This document shows, piece by piece, positions 27,358 to 38,000 of a stretch of 64,000 nucleotides of DNA. The notes beneath the pieces are model-generated. The model saw nothing but the letters and a program-made list of their open reading frames with translations, was not told where the DNA came from and did not search any database. The number at the start of each line of letters is the position of its first letter. Position 1 is the stretch's first letter. The translations under genes and the position numbers were made by a program. Source of the DNA: a virus; IMG/VR virus record IMGVR_UViG_3300020420_000013, positions 4,325 to 68,324 of that record; one strand, written 5' to 3'.

Positions 27358-28358
27358 AATTCGCCATATATTTCTAATAGTTTCTGTTTGTTATAATTCT
27401 CAGAATCTATTGCATCGATTTCATGTGTAACGATTTGATCAACACTTTCAAATTTTGTAATATCAATATCAGTATTAATTTCATCTACTTGCTGACTTGG
27501 TAATAACGTAATCTCTCTACACTTATATTCATTAATAAAGTTTTCTTTTATAAAACTTGCTTCTTCAAAACTTATATCAATATCAAGTGTTACTCTAAGA
27601 TAAGTTTTAGTACCAATAATTGTATCTTTTTTATCAATTAATTCGCTTAACTTAATAGTTCTATACTTTGGACAGTTAGGCCAATTTAAATATCTTGGTT
27701 CTCCTCCATATTCAAAAATCATCATACCACGTTCATCGTCCCACGTATCAGCATAGTTGTGAGGCATTGGATTACCAATATATGTTACGTTACCGTGTGT
27801 TTGCCTTTTGTGAAAGTGTCCACTAAAAACATATTGTTGATGTTTAAAGTGTTCAGACTTCAATTCGCCTGTGTCTGGCATTTGTACCATTGCGTTCATA
27901 TAGAAGTTTGGCAGTTCAAAATGTCCAAACATATATTTTGCTTTAATCTTAGGAATCTTTTTCCATTCTTCACCAACCAACCACGGAACAAGACACACAT
28001 CATCTTTTTCAGTTATTTCATTTACAACAGTTATACCTTCAATGTGTTTTGCATATTCTACAGAATGAACATCACGTTTGTCTTTATAATACAAATCATG
28101 GTTGCCTGGAAAATAAAAGAATTGATCAAATGCTTTTCCTAACTTTTCTAAACAACGGATAGAGTAATCCATTGTTACTACATTTAAACTATTTCTATTG
28201 TGATGCCAGTCACCCATAAAGATGCCTGTCTCACAACCTTCTTTTTTTGCTTGTTCGATATACCAATCTACAAATTCTTCACAGTCATCATTATGGACTT
28301 TTGAATTAGACTTTAGTCCAAAGTGTATATCCGTGAATACAGCCGCTTTTTTAAACAA
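27354..28358 (-). CDS. gp47: Recombination nuclease subunit (T4 gp47, Mre11/SbcD-like)
   Basis: DIHFG, GDWHH, GNHD, GHFE, SGHFH phosphoesterase motifs; TTG start with GAGG SD. Confidence 0.95.
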   Translation of the reverse strand: MFKKAAVFTDIHFGLKSNSKVHNDDCEEFVDWYIEQAKKEGCETGIFMGDWHHNRNSLNVVTMDYSIRCLEKLGKAFDQFFYFPGNHDLYYKDKRDVHSVEYAKHIEGITVVNEITEKDDVCLVPWLVGEEWKKIPKIKAKYMFGHFELPNFYMNAMVQMPDTGELKSEHFKHQQYVFSGHFHKRQTHGNVTYIGNPMPHNYADTWDDERGMMIFEYGGEPRYLNWPNCPKYRTIKLSELIDKKDTIIGTKTYLRVTLDIDISFEEASFIKENFINEYKCREITLLPSQQVDEINTDIDITKFESVDQIVTHEIDAIDSENYNKQKLLEIYGEL

Positions 28359-28380
28359 TTTTAGAACCTCACTTTATTAC

Positions 28381-28409
28381 ATTATACAACAAAAAATTGT
28401 AAATGTCAA
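28381..28409 (-). promoter_or_regulatory. Consensus sigma70 promoter for gp47-gp46-sufE-glyA
   Basis: TTGACA (28409-28404), 17 nt, TATAAT (28386-28381). Confidence 0.85.
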
Positions 28410-29240
28410 CTATTTCTTCTCAGTTTTCTTATATGCATCAGCCACCGATTTTTCCCATTGTCCTTGCATCTGTCTTGTAAAGGACGGACTCATGTCGTTC
28501 ATTTCTAAAATGTCATCTCTTATATTTTGATTACGTTTTTCAATGTTTATAACTCTAACAAACGAATTTGTTACAGCCGCGGTGTAGTAAGCAAAAGGAT
28601 TGTTTGATTTTGATTCATCAAACTGTAATCCGATTTGTGTTAATTGTAATATTGCTTGACCTTTCATTTCGTCATTGTATGTGTAACCTCTTACGTTACC
28701 TCTTGTAGCATAACGTTCACAAAGTTTCATCCACATACGAGCAAGTTTTTCTGTAGTCTTACCATGCTCTTTGTTAAAGTTTCCATTTGACATACCACCT
28801 TCCCAGTGGGATTTGCCTACAGTCATCAATTTGTCTGTTGATGTAAACTTAAAATGTTGAAATGGTGGAAAATTTAATTTTTCTTTAGTATCAGCAATAG
28901 TTTTTGGGTTTTTCTTCCTGCCTTTATCTTCTGGGATATGATCATACGTCATAATCCTAAAGATCAACTCATCTTTCTTAATTTTTCTATAATCAATGGC
29001 ACATTCAGCCTGTTTTACTTTTTCCCCTAGTTCTTTACGCCTTTCATACTCTGCGGTAGATAATCTCTTTGCCTTATTCCTTTTGGCTTCAGCAATGGTT
29101 CTAACGTTGATTTTGTCTACACTTGGCAATATAATGTCATATTGTGCATGATCATCGTCAGTATAACTGCAATAAGAGGTTTTGCTCTTATGTATTTCTT
29201 TCAAAAGGTCCTTATTATTAAGGTAATTGACTCTTTTCAT
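28410..29240 (-). CDS. gp55: Late-transcription sigma factor (T4 gp55 family)
   Basis: NYLNNKDLL, YTYNDEMKGQAILQL, FDESKSNNPFAYYT...NSF.R.I..EK; adjacent to gp47 as in T4-like phages. Confidence 0.88.
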   Translation of the reverse strand: MKRVNYLNNKDLLKEIHKSKTSYCSYTDDDHAQYDIILPSVDKINVRTIAEAKRNKAKRLSTAEYERRKELGEKVKQAECAIDYRKIKKDELIFRIMTYDHIPEDKGRKKNPKTIADTKEKLNFPPFQHFKFTSTDKLMTVGKSHWEGGMSNGNFNKEHGKTTEKLARMWMKLCERYATRGNVRGYTYNDEMKGQAILQLTQIGLQFDESKSNNPFAYYTAAVTNSFVRVINIEKRNQNIRDDILEMNDMSPSFTRQMQGQWEKSVADAYKKTEKK

Positions 29241-29263
29241 ATTTTTTCTCCAAACAAACTCTT

Positions 29264-29292
29264 ATTATAATATACTCTGTTAATTTTGTCAA
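29264..29292 (-). promoter_or_regulatory. Consensus sigma70 promoter for gp55
   Basis: TTGACA (29292-29287), 17 nt, TATAAT (29269-29264). Confidence 0.85.
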
Positions 29293-29298
29293 TAAATA
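29291..29298 (+). promoter_or_regulatory. Late promoter (aATAAATA) for the baseplate operon
   Basis: About 25 nt upstream of ATG 29323; overlaps the -35 box of the divergent gp55 promoter. Confidence 0.65.
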
Positions 29299-29322
29299 CA
29301 TATACCAAAAGGGGATTTTTTT

Positions 29323-30171
29323 ATGGAACCAGATATCGTAGCCAATAGTACAGTAAGCAGTAGCCAGTCGGGTAGTAATGATACTACTCTACCAAAAGAA
29401 ACAGGATTTGCCGCAAAAGCAAATGGTTTCATGAAGAACATACGTTCTAGGCTTTTACCAGTAAATGGTGAACCTACACAAAATTTTAAAGTAGATGCTT
29501 CGTTTAGTTCTGCACCAGGTGAAAAAGATTGGCGTGTCAAATTATCTATTCCTAATATACAAACTTTTAATAATAGTAAAATGTTGGCACCCCTTAATGA
29601 AACTAATGGATTAACTTTTCCATATACGCCAACAATTATCTTATCACACACAGCAAATTATTCGCCGATATCGCCTGTACATAATAATTATCCGTTCTAT
29701 GCTTACAACAATTCAAGTGTGGATCAGATGACAATTACAGGAGAATTTTTTGTACAAAATTCCGCAGAGGGTTTATATTGGATTTCAATGCTACATTATT
29801 TAAGAAGTGTAACAAAAATGTTTTATGGAGAAGGTGAATTCCAAGGAGCACCTCCGCCCGTAGTAAAATTAAATGGTTACGGAGATTATGTTTTTAAAAA
29901 TGTACCAGTAGTGGTTACAATGTTTACTTTAGATATGCCAACTGAGATTGATTACATTGCAGTTGATATTTCTAAGATTGGTGAAGTTGCTTCAGCAAGT
30001 GAAGGAGCAAAAGACAATACAAACATATCAGGCACTGTTGCTTATGTTCCTGTGCAGTCGCAGGTTACTGTTACAGTACAACCAATCTTTAGCAGAACAG
30101 ATGTACAAGGATTTAGTTTAACAGATTTTGTTAATGGTGAATACATTAGTAAACAAAAAGGATTCATTTAA
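29323..30171 (+). CDS. Baseplate tube initiator/cap-like protein (gp48/gp54-like)
   Basis: FPYTPTI, H.NYPFYAY..S.VD...ITGEF, GAPPPVVKLNGYG...F.NVPVVV tube-fold motifs; precedes the LysM gene. Confidence 0.65.
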   Translation: MEPDIVANSTVSSSQSGSNDTTLPKETGFAAKANGFMKNIRSRLLPVNGEPTQNFKVDASFSSAPGEKDWRVKLSIPNIQTFNNSKMLAPLNETNGLTFPYTPTIILSHTANYSPISPVHNNYPFYAYNNSSVDQMTITGEFFVQNSAEGLYWISMLHYLRSVTKMFYGEGEFQGAPPPVVKLNGYGDYVFKNVPVVVTMFTLDMPTEIDYIAVDISKIGEVASASEGAKDNTNISGTVAYVPVQSQVTVTVQPIFSRTDVQGFSLTDFVNGEYISKQKGFI

Positions 30172-30476
30172 TGGCAAAGGCATATTACAAAGATACAAGT
30201 CCATGGAAAGCAACTAGGTATGGTAACGGATATCTTGATACCTTAACTATTAGACCGATTCCAGCAGAAGCAGATGATGTGCTATACGAAGTAGCACCGC
30301 AGTATAATCATAGACCAGACTTACTTGCTTATGACTTATATGGTACACCAAAACTTTGGTGGGTGTTTGCACAAAGGAATATGAACTCAATAAAAGATCC
30401 GGTATTTGATTTAGAATCAGGAATAGAAATATATCTACCAAAAGGCGACAAATTAAAAAGACTGTTGGGGATTTAG
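30171..30476 (+). CDS. gp53: Baseplate wedge LysM-like protein (gp53-like)
   Basis: RPDLLAYDLYGTPKLWWVFA.RN...DP. Confidence 0.8.
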   Translation: MAKAYYKDTSPWKATRYGNGYLDTLTIRPIPAEADDVLYEVAPQYNHRPDLLAYDLYGTPKLWWVFAQRNMNSIKDPVFDLESGIEIYLPKGDKLKRLLGI

Positions 30477-33053
30477 ATGATTGGAAAGATAAAGCCAATT
30501 GATACTAGCATTAGGTCAACGAAAAATGTAGAAGGTGATCTTATCCTAGTTGAAATGGGAAGTGCATATGACGAAGTGCTGACCTATCCAGAATTTGGAA
30601 TGTTTGGAGAGTTCAGTGACAGAACCTATCCAGAATTTAAAAACAGCGACAATGTTGCAGTTGGCGGAAGTAAATTAGCAACTGACACAGTTGAAAATCA
30701 AGAAAAAAATATTGCAAACAAAACACCAGCAAATGAAAAAATAGAAGGTGATGAAGTTGCACCTGTTAAAAAAGAAGAAGTACAAAGTAAAGTATTAAAA
30801 ATTGTACCTGGATTAGATTTACCCTTAGAAAATCCTTTAAATGACTTTGCTAGTTACAATTATGTTTATACCATTGGTTGTTTAACAAATGACGAATTAA
30901 ATAATCCTGATAGTACATATAGGATGAAAGATCCACAAAACGTTTTGCTTAAGACAGGAGGTAGCAGTGGAGTAAAAGGTATTGCACGTACAGCCTATGA
31001 ACAGAACGGTGTTAAACTAGAATATTTTATTGATAACTTAGAAATCCAAACATATATTGCACCAAACCCTAAAAGTAGAAACACACAGGCTACAAGTTTT
31101 TCATTTGAAGTACATGAACCCTATTCAATGGGATTGTTTTTACAAACACTTCAGTTATGTTCATTGAAAGCCGGCCACGAAAATTATCTACAAGCACCTT
31201 ATGTTATGATAATAGAATTCAAAGGTTGGGATTCAGACGGTAATCCAATTTATCCTGATAGTAGTTTAGGAATGAGAAAGGTTATGCCTTTTAAATGGAC
31301 CAATGCAGGATTTAGTGTTGAGGCATCAGGAAGTGTATATAATGTAAAAGGTGTTCCGTGGAATGATGTAGCATTCAGTGACCAAGTACAACAATTACCA
31401 ATTGACATACAGGTATCAGGAAACAATCTTGAAGAACTTTGTCAAAGTGGTGCTAAGAGTATTGCAACAGTTTTAAACACACACTTGCTTGAACAAAAAG
31501 AAAAAGGCGATGTAGTTGAGCCAGATGAGTATGTAATTTTATTTCCGACAGCAGGAAGTTTTGCAAGTAATAAAAATAGTGTAGGGACAAATGATTCAGC
31601 ATCTCAAAATAGTGCAACAGTTTCCAATGATGGTAGTAGTGCAGGCACGGCACCTAAAGTAACCACACAAGAAGCATGGCAATCAATTACAGGACAAGAA
31701 GGCGAAGTACCTGCAAACTTTGACGAGTTTTTAAGTAAACAATTAGGCTTTACTGTATTACGTAGTAAGGTATCCGAAGGGATTAAAAGCAGAGGTACTG
31801 CTAAAGTTAATATAAATGAAATAGGCAATGGTGAAATTGCCAAAGGCAGATTTGAATACGGCGCCGCCGGCGCGGCTCCTTTTGGACTTGCAAAATTTAC
31901 CTACAATAAAGAACAAGGTATTTTTGAAAGAGGAAAGATTAAAATTATTCCAGGCAAGAATATGGAAATCAAATTTCCACAAGGCATGACAATACAAAAA
32001 ATATTAGAAGAGTTGGTAATAATGAGTGACTATGGTCAAAAAATAGGATCAAATGCACCTACTGACGAAATGGGATTTAAGGATTGGTTTAAAATAGAAT
32101 CAAGTGTATATAATGTAACAAACAAAGAACAAGAAAAGAAATCAGGTAGACCACCTAGAGTTTACGTATATAAAGTAATTCCATACAAGGTACATAGTTC
32201 TAAATTTGCTCCACCAACTGCTCCGGCAAAAGGCACAGAAACTTTAGAAAAACAATGTGTAAAAGCATACAATTACATATACACGGGTGCAAACAAAGAT
32301 GTATTATCATTTGATATAAACATTAATACTGCATTCTATACAAGTATTGCCAAGAACACAGATAATTCAGGCACAAACAAAATTGAAACAAGTGGAACAG
32401 CAGAAGATGTTTCAGATACAAATTTTGTGCAAAGTGACGGAACAGATTCTACACTGAAAGACGGTGTTGGTGCGTCACTACCAGATGTTGAAAACAAATC
32501 AGACTCCGCGGGTGCTGTACCGGAAACTCCAGAAATGGCGGTTGCTAGACGTTTCCATAATGCTATCATAGATAGTGGATCAGACCTTGTTACAGCGGAC
32601 ATGGAAATATGGGGAGATCCTTACTTTATCGCTGACAGTGGAATGGGTAATTACAATTCAGAGCCTTTACCCGGAACCATTAATTTAAATGCAGACGGAT
32701 CAATAAACTATCAAAGTGGTGAAGTTGATTGCGTTGTTAATTTTAGAACACCGGTTGATTTTGGAGAAAATGGCATAATGACATTTCCAGAGTCAACAAT
32801 AAAAGTAAATGCTTTTTCAGGAGTGTATCAAATAGTAAAAGTTACAAATGTTTTCCAAGGTGGACAATTTAAACAAACACTTAACATGGTGCGAAGACGT
32901 AACCAACTTACAAATGTAAGTGCAACAGATTCAGACACACAGGCATACCAAGAAGGTAAGAAAAAAGATGAAGTTGGTAATGAGGTCAAAGCAGATGGCA
33001 CAACAACAACTGACACTAACCAAGAAGCAAGAGGCGGGGAGATACTAACGTAA
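30477..33053 (+). CDS. Baseplate hub protein (gp27/GpD-like)
   Basis: Position between gp53 and gp5; C-terminal MEIWGDP...FSGVYQIVKVTNVF.GGQFKQTL motif. Confidence 0.6.
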   Translation: MIGKIKPIDTSIRSTKNVEGDLILVEMGSAYDEVLTYPEFGMFGEFSDRTYPEFKNSDNVAVGGSKLATDTVENQEKNIANKTPANEKIEGDEVAPVKKEEVQSKVLKIVPGLDLPLENPLNDFASYNYVYTIGCLTNDELNNPDSTYRMKDPQNVLLKTGGSSGVKGIARTAYEQNGVKLEYFIDNLEIQTYIAPNPKSRNTQATSFSFEVHEPYSMGLFLQTLQLCSLKAGHENYLQAPYVMIIEFKGWDSDGNPIYPDSSLGMRKVMPFKWTNAGFSVEASGSVYNVKGVPWNDVAFSDQVQQLPIDIQVSGNNLEELCQSGAKSIATVLNTHLLEQKEKGDVVEPDEYVILFPTAGSFASNKNSVGTNDSASQNSATVSNDGSSAGTAPKVTTQEAWQSITGQEGEVPANFDEFLSKQLGFTVLRSKVSEGIKSRGTAKVNINEIGNGEIAKGRFEYGAAGAAPFGLAKFTYNKEQGIFERGKIKIIPGKNMEIKFPQGMTIQKILEELVIMSDYGQKIGSNAPTDEMGFKDWFKIESSVYNVTNKEQEKKSGRPPRVYVYKVIPYKVHSSKFAPPTAPAKGTETLEKQCVKAYNYIYTGANKDVLSFDININTAFYTSIAKNTDNSGTNKIETSGTAEDVSDTNFVQSDGTDSTLKDGVGASLPDVENKSDSAGAVPETPEMAVARRFHNAIIDSGSDLVTADMEIWGDPYFIADSGMGNYNSEPLPGTINLNADGSINYQSGEVDCVVNFRTPVDFGENGIMTFPESTIKVNAFSGVYQIVKVTNVFQGGQFKQTLNMVRRRNQLTNVSATDSDTQAYQEGKKKDEVGNEVKADGTTTTDTNQEARGGEILT

Positions 33054-34588
33054 TGGCACAGGAAAAACGTACAGTTGACGCCGGTGGTTTAAGTCGTAGA
33101 CATGGAGTCTACATTGCAAGAATAGTTTCACACCTTGATCCATTAAGCAAAGGTGACCTTGAAGTTGAAATCCTAAAAACAACAACATCAGGCAATGACG
33201 AAGAAGCATCAGGACAGATCCTACACGTAAGATACATGAGCCTGTTTGGTGGACAAACAACAGTAAGAGCAAACAGCAAAAACGAAGGTTACGCAAATTC
33301 ACAGATGAGTTACGGTATGTGGTTTGTACCACCCGACGTTGGCACTCGTGTTATGGTTGTGTTTGTTGAAGGTTCAGTTAACCAAGGTTATTGGATAGGT
33401 TGTGTACCAGATGATTACATGAACTTTGCAGTTCCTTCAGGAAACTATGCGGCAACGACATTTAATGAATTAAACAATGCAAAAAAATTACCAGTTACCG
33501 AATACAATAAATTAACGGAAAAAGGACGCAGTGCAGATCCTACACAGTTTATTAAACCTGTATCACCACAAAGCACAGTATTAAGTTCACAAGGATTATT
33601 GGAAGACGAGATACGTGGTATTACATCATCAAGTTCAAGACGTGAAATACCTAGTGCGGTATATGGAATAAGCACACCAGGACCTTTGGACAAGAGTCCA
33701 GGAGCACCTAAAACAGCATACGGACCCAAAGGAGCAAAAGCACAGATACATTCAATGAGACTGGGCGGATCCAGTTTGGTATTTGACGATGGTGATGATA
33801 AGTTTCTACGTAAAGGACCAGCAGGTACAACAAAGTCAGAGTATGCTAATTTAGAAGCAGGAGACAAGGACGGAAACGTTGCATTACCAATGGGCGAAAG
33901 TGTAAGGTTGCGTACACGTACAGGACATCAAATACTTTTACACAACACAGAAGACCTTATATACATAGGAAATGCCCAAGGAACCAGTTGGATAGAATTA
34001 AGTAGCAATGGTAAGATAGACATATATGCACGTGATAGTATAAGTGTGCATACGGAAAACGACCTTAACTTTACAGCAGACAGAGATATCAATTTTCAAG
34101 CGGGAAGAGAATTTAATTTAAAGACCGCCTCTAATGTAAACATTGACACTGCGGCGAGTTTACGAGCCTACGTGGCAGTTGACAACACAATTACTACACT
34201 TGGTAATTTAGATATAAACACACTAGGAGCAAACAAGTTTACAGCAGGTACAACTACAGATATATTAAGCACAGACAACCATACTGAGACTGCGAAAGAG
34301 ATCCATATGAATGGCCCTACTGCCGCTACCGCTACCGCTACAACTTCGTTGTCTACACATAAGTTACCGCAAGCCGCCAGCGGATATACTTCACGTTATC
34401 CGTCTGTCGCTACCGCTATCGCGGACGCTTCGCTTTCCAAACGTCTACCTCAACACGAACCGTGGACACATCATGAAAGCATGGATCCTACTATATTTGT
34501 TGATACTAAAACAGATAGACAAAAACCAGAAGAATTACCGGCACAAACAGTTGCCTTAACAGTTGATACATTCAAGAAAGGACAATAA
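33053..34588 (+). CDS. gp5: Baseplate central spike (gp5/VgrG-like OB fold plus beta-helix; no lysozyme domain recognised)
   Basis: DPL..G.L.V, SYGMWFVPPDVGTRVMVVF..G....GYWIG, RTRTGHQILL, SWIEL..NGKIDIY, EIHMNGP. Confidence 0.8.
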   Translation: MAQEKRTVDAGGLSRRHGVYIARIVSHLDPLSKGDLEVEILKTTTSGNDEEASGQILHVRYMSLFGGQTTVRANSKNEGYANSQMSYGMWFVPPDVGTRVMVVFVEGSVNQGYWIGCVPDDYMNFAVPSGNYAATTFNELNNAKKLPVTEYNKLTEKGRSADPTQFIKPVSPQSTVLSSQGLLEDEIRGITSSSSRREIPSAVYGISTPGPLDKSPGAPKTAYGPKGAKAQIHSMRLGGSSLVFDDGDDKFLRKGPAGTTKSEYANLEAGDKDGNVALPMGESVRLRTRTGHQILLHNTEDLIYIGNAQGTSWIELSSNGKIDIYARDSISVHTENDLNFTADRDINFQAGREFNLKTASNVNIDTAASLRAYVAVDNTITTLGNLDINTLGANKFTAGTTTDILSTDNHTETAKEIHMNGPTAATATATTSLSTHKLPQAASGYTSRYPSVATAIADASLSKRLPQHEPWTHHESMDPTIFVDTKTDRQKPEELPAQTVALTVDTFKKGQ

Positions 34589-34596
34589 ATATTGCT

Positions 34597-35043
34597 ATGA
34601 GTACACAAGAAAAAGATGTAATTAAAACAGTAAAAGTCCAAACAGCAAAAAGGGCCAAACCACCTATTACTAGTCGTGCTTACCGTGGTACTAGCACTGT
34701 TGATCCTAATGCAAATAGTTTTAACTTGTATGATCTTGCACTAATCAAACAGGACATTATTAATATGTTTCATATTAGACAGGGTGAAAAGTTAGAAAAT
34801 CCTGAATTTGGAACAATAGTGTGGGACGCATTATACGAACCACTAACAGAACAATTAAAAGAAGCCATAGCAGAGAACGTTACACAAATTGTAAACTACG
34901 ATCCTAGGGTAACAGTAAACAACGTTACAATAGATCAATACGAAAGTGGATTACAAATTAATGTTTCAATGACATATTTGCCTTATAATATATCAGAATC
35001 ATTGCTTTTGACATTTGATCAAAATGCAGGATTTATATCATAG
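34597..35043 (+). CDS. gp25: Baseplate wedge/sheath initiator (gp25 family)
   Basis: LIKQDIIN.F.IRQGEK..NPEFG..VWD.LYEP, YDPRV. Confidence 0.9.
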   Translation: MSTQEKDVIKTVKVQTAKRAKPPITSRAYRGTSTVDPNANSFNLYDLALIKQDIINMFHIRQGEKLENPEFGTIVWDALYEPLTEQLKEAIAENVTQIVNYDPRVTVNNVTIDQYESGLQINVSMTYLPYNISESLLLTFDQNAGFIS

Positions 35044-35071
35044 AATTAAGTACGCAGATAATGGTTTCAGG

Positions 35072-35077
35072 TAAATA
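35072..35077 (+). promoter_or_regulatory. Late promoter core upstream of gp6
   Basis: gTAAATAc followed by SD AAGGA. Confidence 0.6.
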
Positions 35078-35096
35078 CAATTAGTAAGGAAGCATT

Positions 35097-38000
35097 ATGT
35101 CAACAACATATAGACAAAATAGATTATTGTTAGCAGAGGACTGGAAAAGAGTTTACCAGTCTTTTAGAAACGCAGATTTTCAAAGTTACGACTTTGACAA
35201 TTTACGTAGAACAATGATCAATTACCTCAGAACTAATTATCCTGAGGACTTTAATGATTACATAGAATCAAGTGAATATCTTGCTTTAATTGATCTTATT
35301 GCTTTCTTAGGTCAAAACATTGCTTTCAGAGTTGATTTAAATGCTAGAGAAAATTACTTAGAACTTGCAGAACGCAGAGAATCAGTTTTAAGACTAGCAC
35401 GTTTGCTTTCTTACAATCCAAAACGAAATCAACCAGCAAATGGATTACTTAAATTTGAATCAGTAGCAACTACTGAAGAAATATTTGATAGTAATAATAT
35501 AAACCTAGCAGGTCAAACAGTTGTTTGGAACGATCCTGCAAATACTAACTGGCAAGAACAGTTTAGAAAAATACTTAATGCCGCTCTGCCAAATAATGGA
35601 ATCATAGGTAAACCGGTCAAATCAGATACAGTCAATGGTATAACTGTTCAGCAGTATCGATTCAATGCCACAAACGCAGATGTTCCAGTTTATAGTTTTA
35701 CAAAAACAGTAGACGGCAAGAGTACAATATTTGAAGTAGTAAGTTCAGACATAGGATCAGGTGACATAACAGAAGAAGCACCATTGCCTGGAAATAGATT
35801 AGCATTTTTATATAGAGAAGATGGTAAAGGTAACGGAAGTACTAACACAGGTTACTTTTGTTCATTTAGGCAAGGAATATTAGATCAAGGACAATTTTCT
35901 ATTACAAATCCAGGTAGCAATCAAACAGTTCAACTTGATGCAACAAATGTAAATGATAGTGATGTATGGTTGTACAGATTAGATAATAACGGTGCTGAGA
36001 GTCAATTATGGACTAAGGTAGATGCAGTTGAAGGAAATAATGTAATCTACAATAGTGTAAGCAAAAGAATAAAAAATATTTATAGTGTATTAAGTAGAGT
36101 TGAAGATAGAATTAGTTTAATTTTTGCTGACGGTACATTTGGTAATTTACCACAAGGTAATTTTAGAGTTTATTATAGAACTTCTCAAAACAGAAGTTTT
36201 GCAATACAACCAGATGACATGATTGGTATTACAGTTACTATTCCTTATACAAGTAGAAACGGTGTAGGTGAAACTTTAACTATCGACATGGAATTAAAAT
36301 ACACAGTTGATAATGCATCAACTAGTGAAACAAATGAAAGCATTAAAAATAATGCACCAGCAACTTACTATACACAAAACAGAATGATTACTGGTGAGGA
36401 TTACCAAGTAAGTCCTTTAGCAATATCACAAGAAATTATAAAAGTAAAAAGTGTTAACAGAACATCAAGCGGAATATCAAGATACTTTGATTTGATTGAT
36501 GCAACCGGAAAATATTCAAGCACAAACATTTACGGAAATGATGGAGTACTTTATAAAGAAGATAAAGACGAAGTAACAAGTTTTAACTTTACAACAAGAA
36601 CTGATGTAGAAGGTATAGTAGAAAATACTATTACACCTTTACTAAAAAATACTAATGTAAATCATTTTTACCTAAGCAAGTTTGCAAAAATTGTAACAGG
36701 CGACATAGGTGCAACTTGGGTACAAAGTAATTCAAGCACAAATAATTCAAACGGATATTTAAAAAATGTTAATGATGATGCTTTACAGGTAGGAACATTT
36801 ACAGGTAGTTCTTTAAGATATATAACACCAGGTGCACTTATTAAATTTACAGCACCAGCAGGACAACATTTTATGGCAAACAACAGTCATGCTTTAATGA
36901 CTGGTAATGCTGATCATCCTCAAGCAGTTACTTACAAATGGGCAAAAGTTGTTAGTGTAGCAACAGATGGAACAACAGTTACAAATGCTGTTGGACCAAT
37001 TGTTTTAAATGATATTATTCCATCAGGTGCAATAGTAAGTGAAGTAAGACCTAAACTTGCAAATGCAATAGGCTCAGCAGTTAAAAGTCAAGTAATAGAT
37101 CAAATTTTTGCATACAATACTTTTGGTTTACGTTTTGATGTAAACACAGAAAGTTGGAAAGTTATTAAACAAGAAAACTTAAAAACAGCAGGAACATTTA
37201 GTCAAGGACAAACAGGTGACGAATCACAACAGTCATTAGATGGTAGTTGGTTATTATTGTTTCAAACTGACGGTGTTAATTACACATTAACTTATAGAAC
37301 AACTAGATATGTTTTTGAAAGTGATAAAGAAATTAAATTTTATTATGATTCAACAGATAAAATTTATGATAGTAGAACAGGAAAATTAATTAAAGATAAA
37401 ATTAATATTTTGTCAATTAATACAAAGCCAGATTCTTTAGGATCTTTTACAACAGATTTCCTATGGCAAGTTAATAAAGAGTATAGAGATTCAGACAATT
37501 ACATCAATAGTAAAAAAGTTGAAGTAAGTTTTTATGATAACGATAGCGACGGTGTAGTTGACAATCCAGATATTTTCGAAGAGTATGTAGATACAAACAC
37601 AAACCCATTAACAAAATATGTGTTCATGAAGAAACAATCAACAACAGACCAAAGTGAAATCTTTGTATATACACCAAGCAATACTATTACAGTAAAACAA
37701 AATGAAGGCGCAGTTGGTACAAGAAGTAGTTACAATGATGGTACAATATTTTATCTTGTTGATGAAGACGTATTTAAAGTACTAAATTCAACTACACTTG
37801 CATTGGCGTTGTCAACAGATTATAAAGCATTTAAAGGTAGAGAAACAATTAAGTTTCAATACGTACATAGTGCTGACGACTCTAATAGAATTGACCCAAG
37901 TAGCACAAATATAATTGACACTTATATATTAACTAAATCTTACGATACTAAATTTAGGAAGTATATTGCAGGTACACTTACTAGTAAACCTTTAGCACCA

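Noticed and set aside
34311-34559. Overprinted 82-aa ORF within gp5, or a DGR variable region
   Set aside because: The peptide is a by-product of the GCTACC repeats. I saw no reverse transcriptase gene and no template/variable repeat pair in the window.
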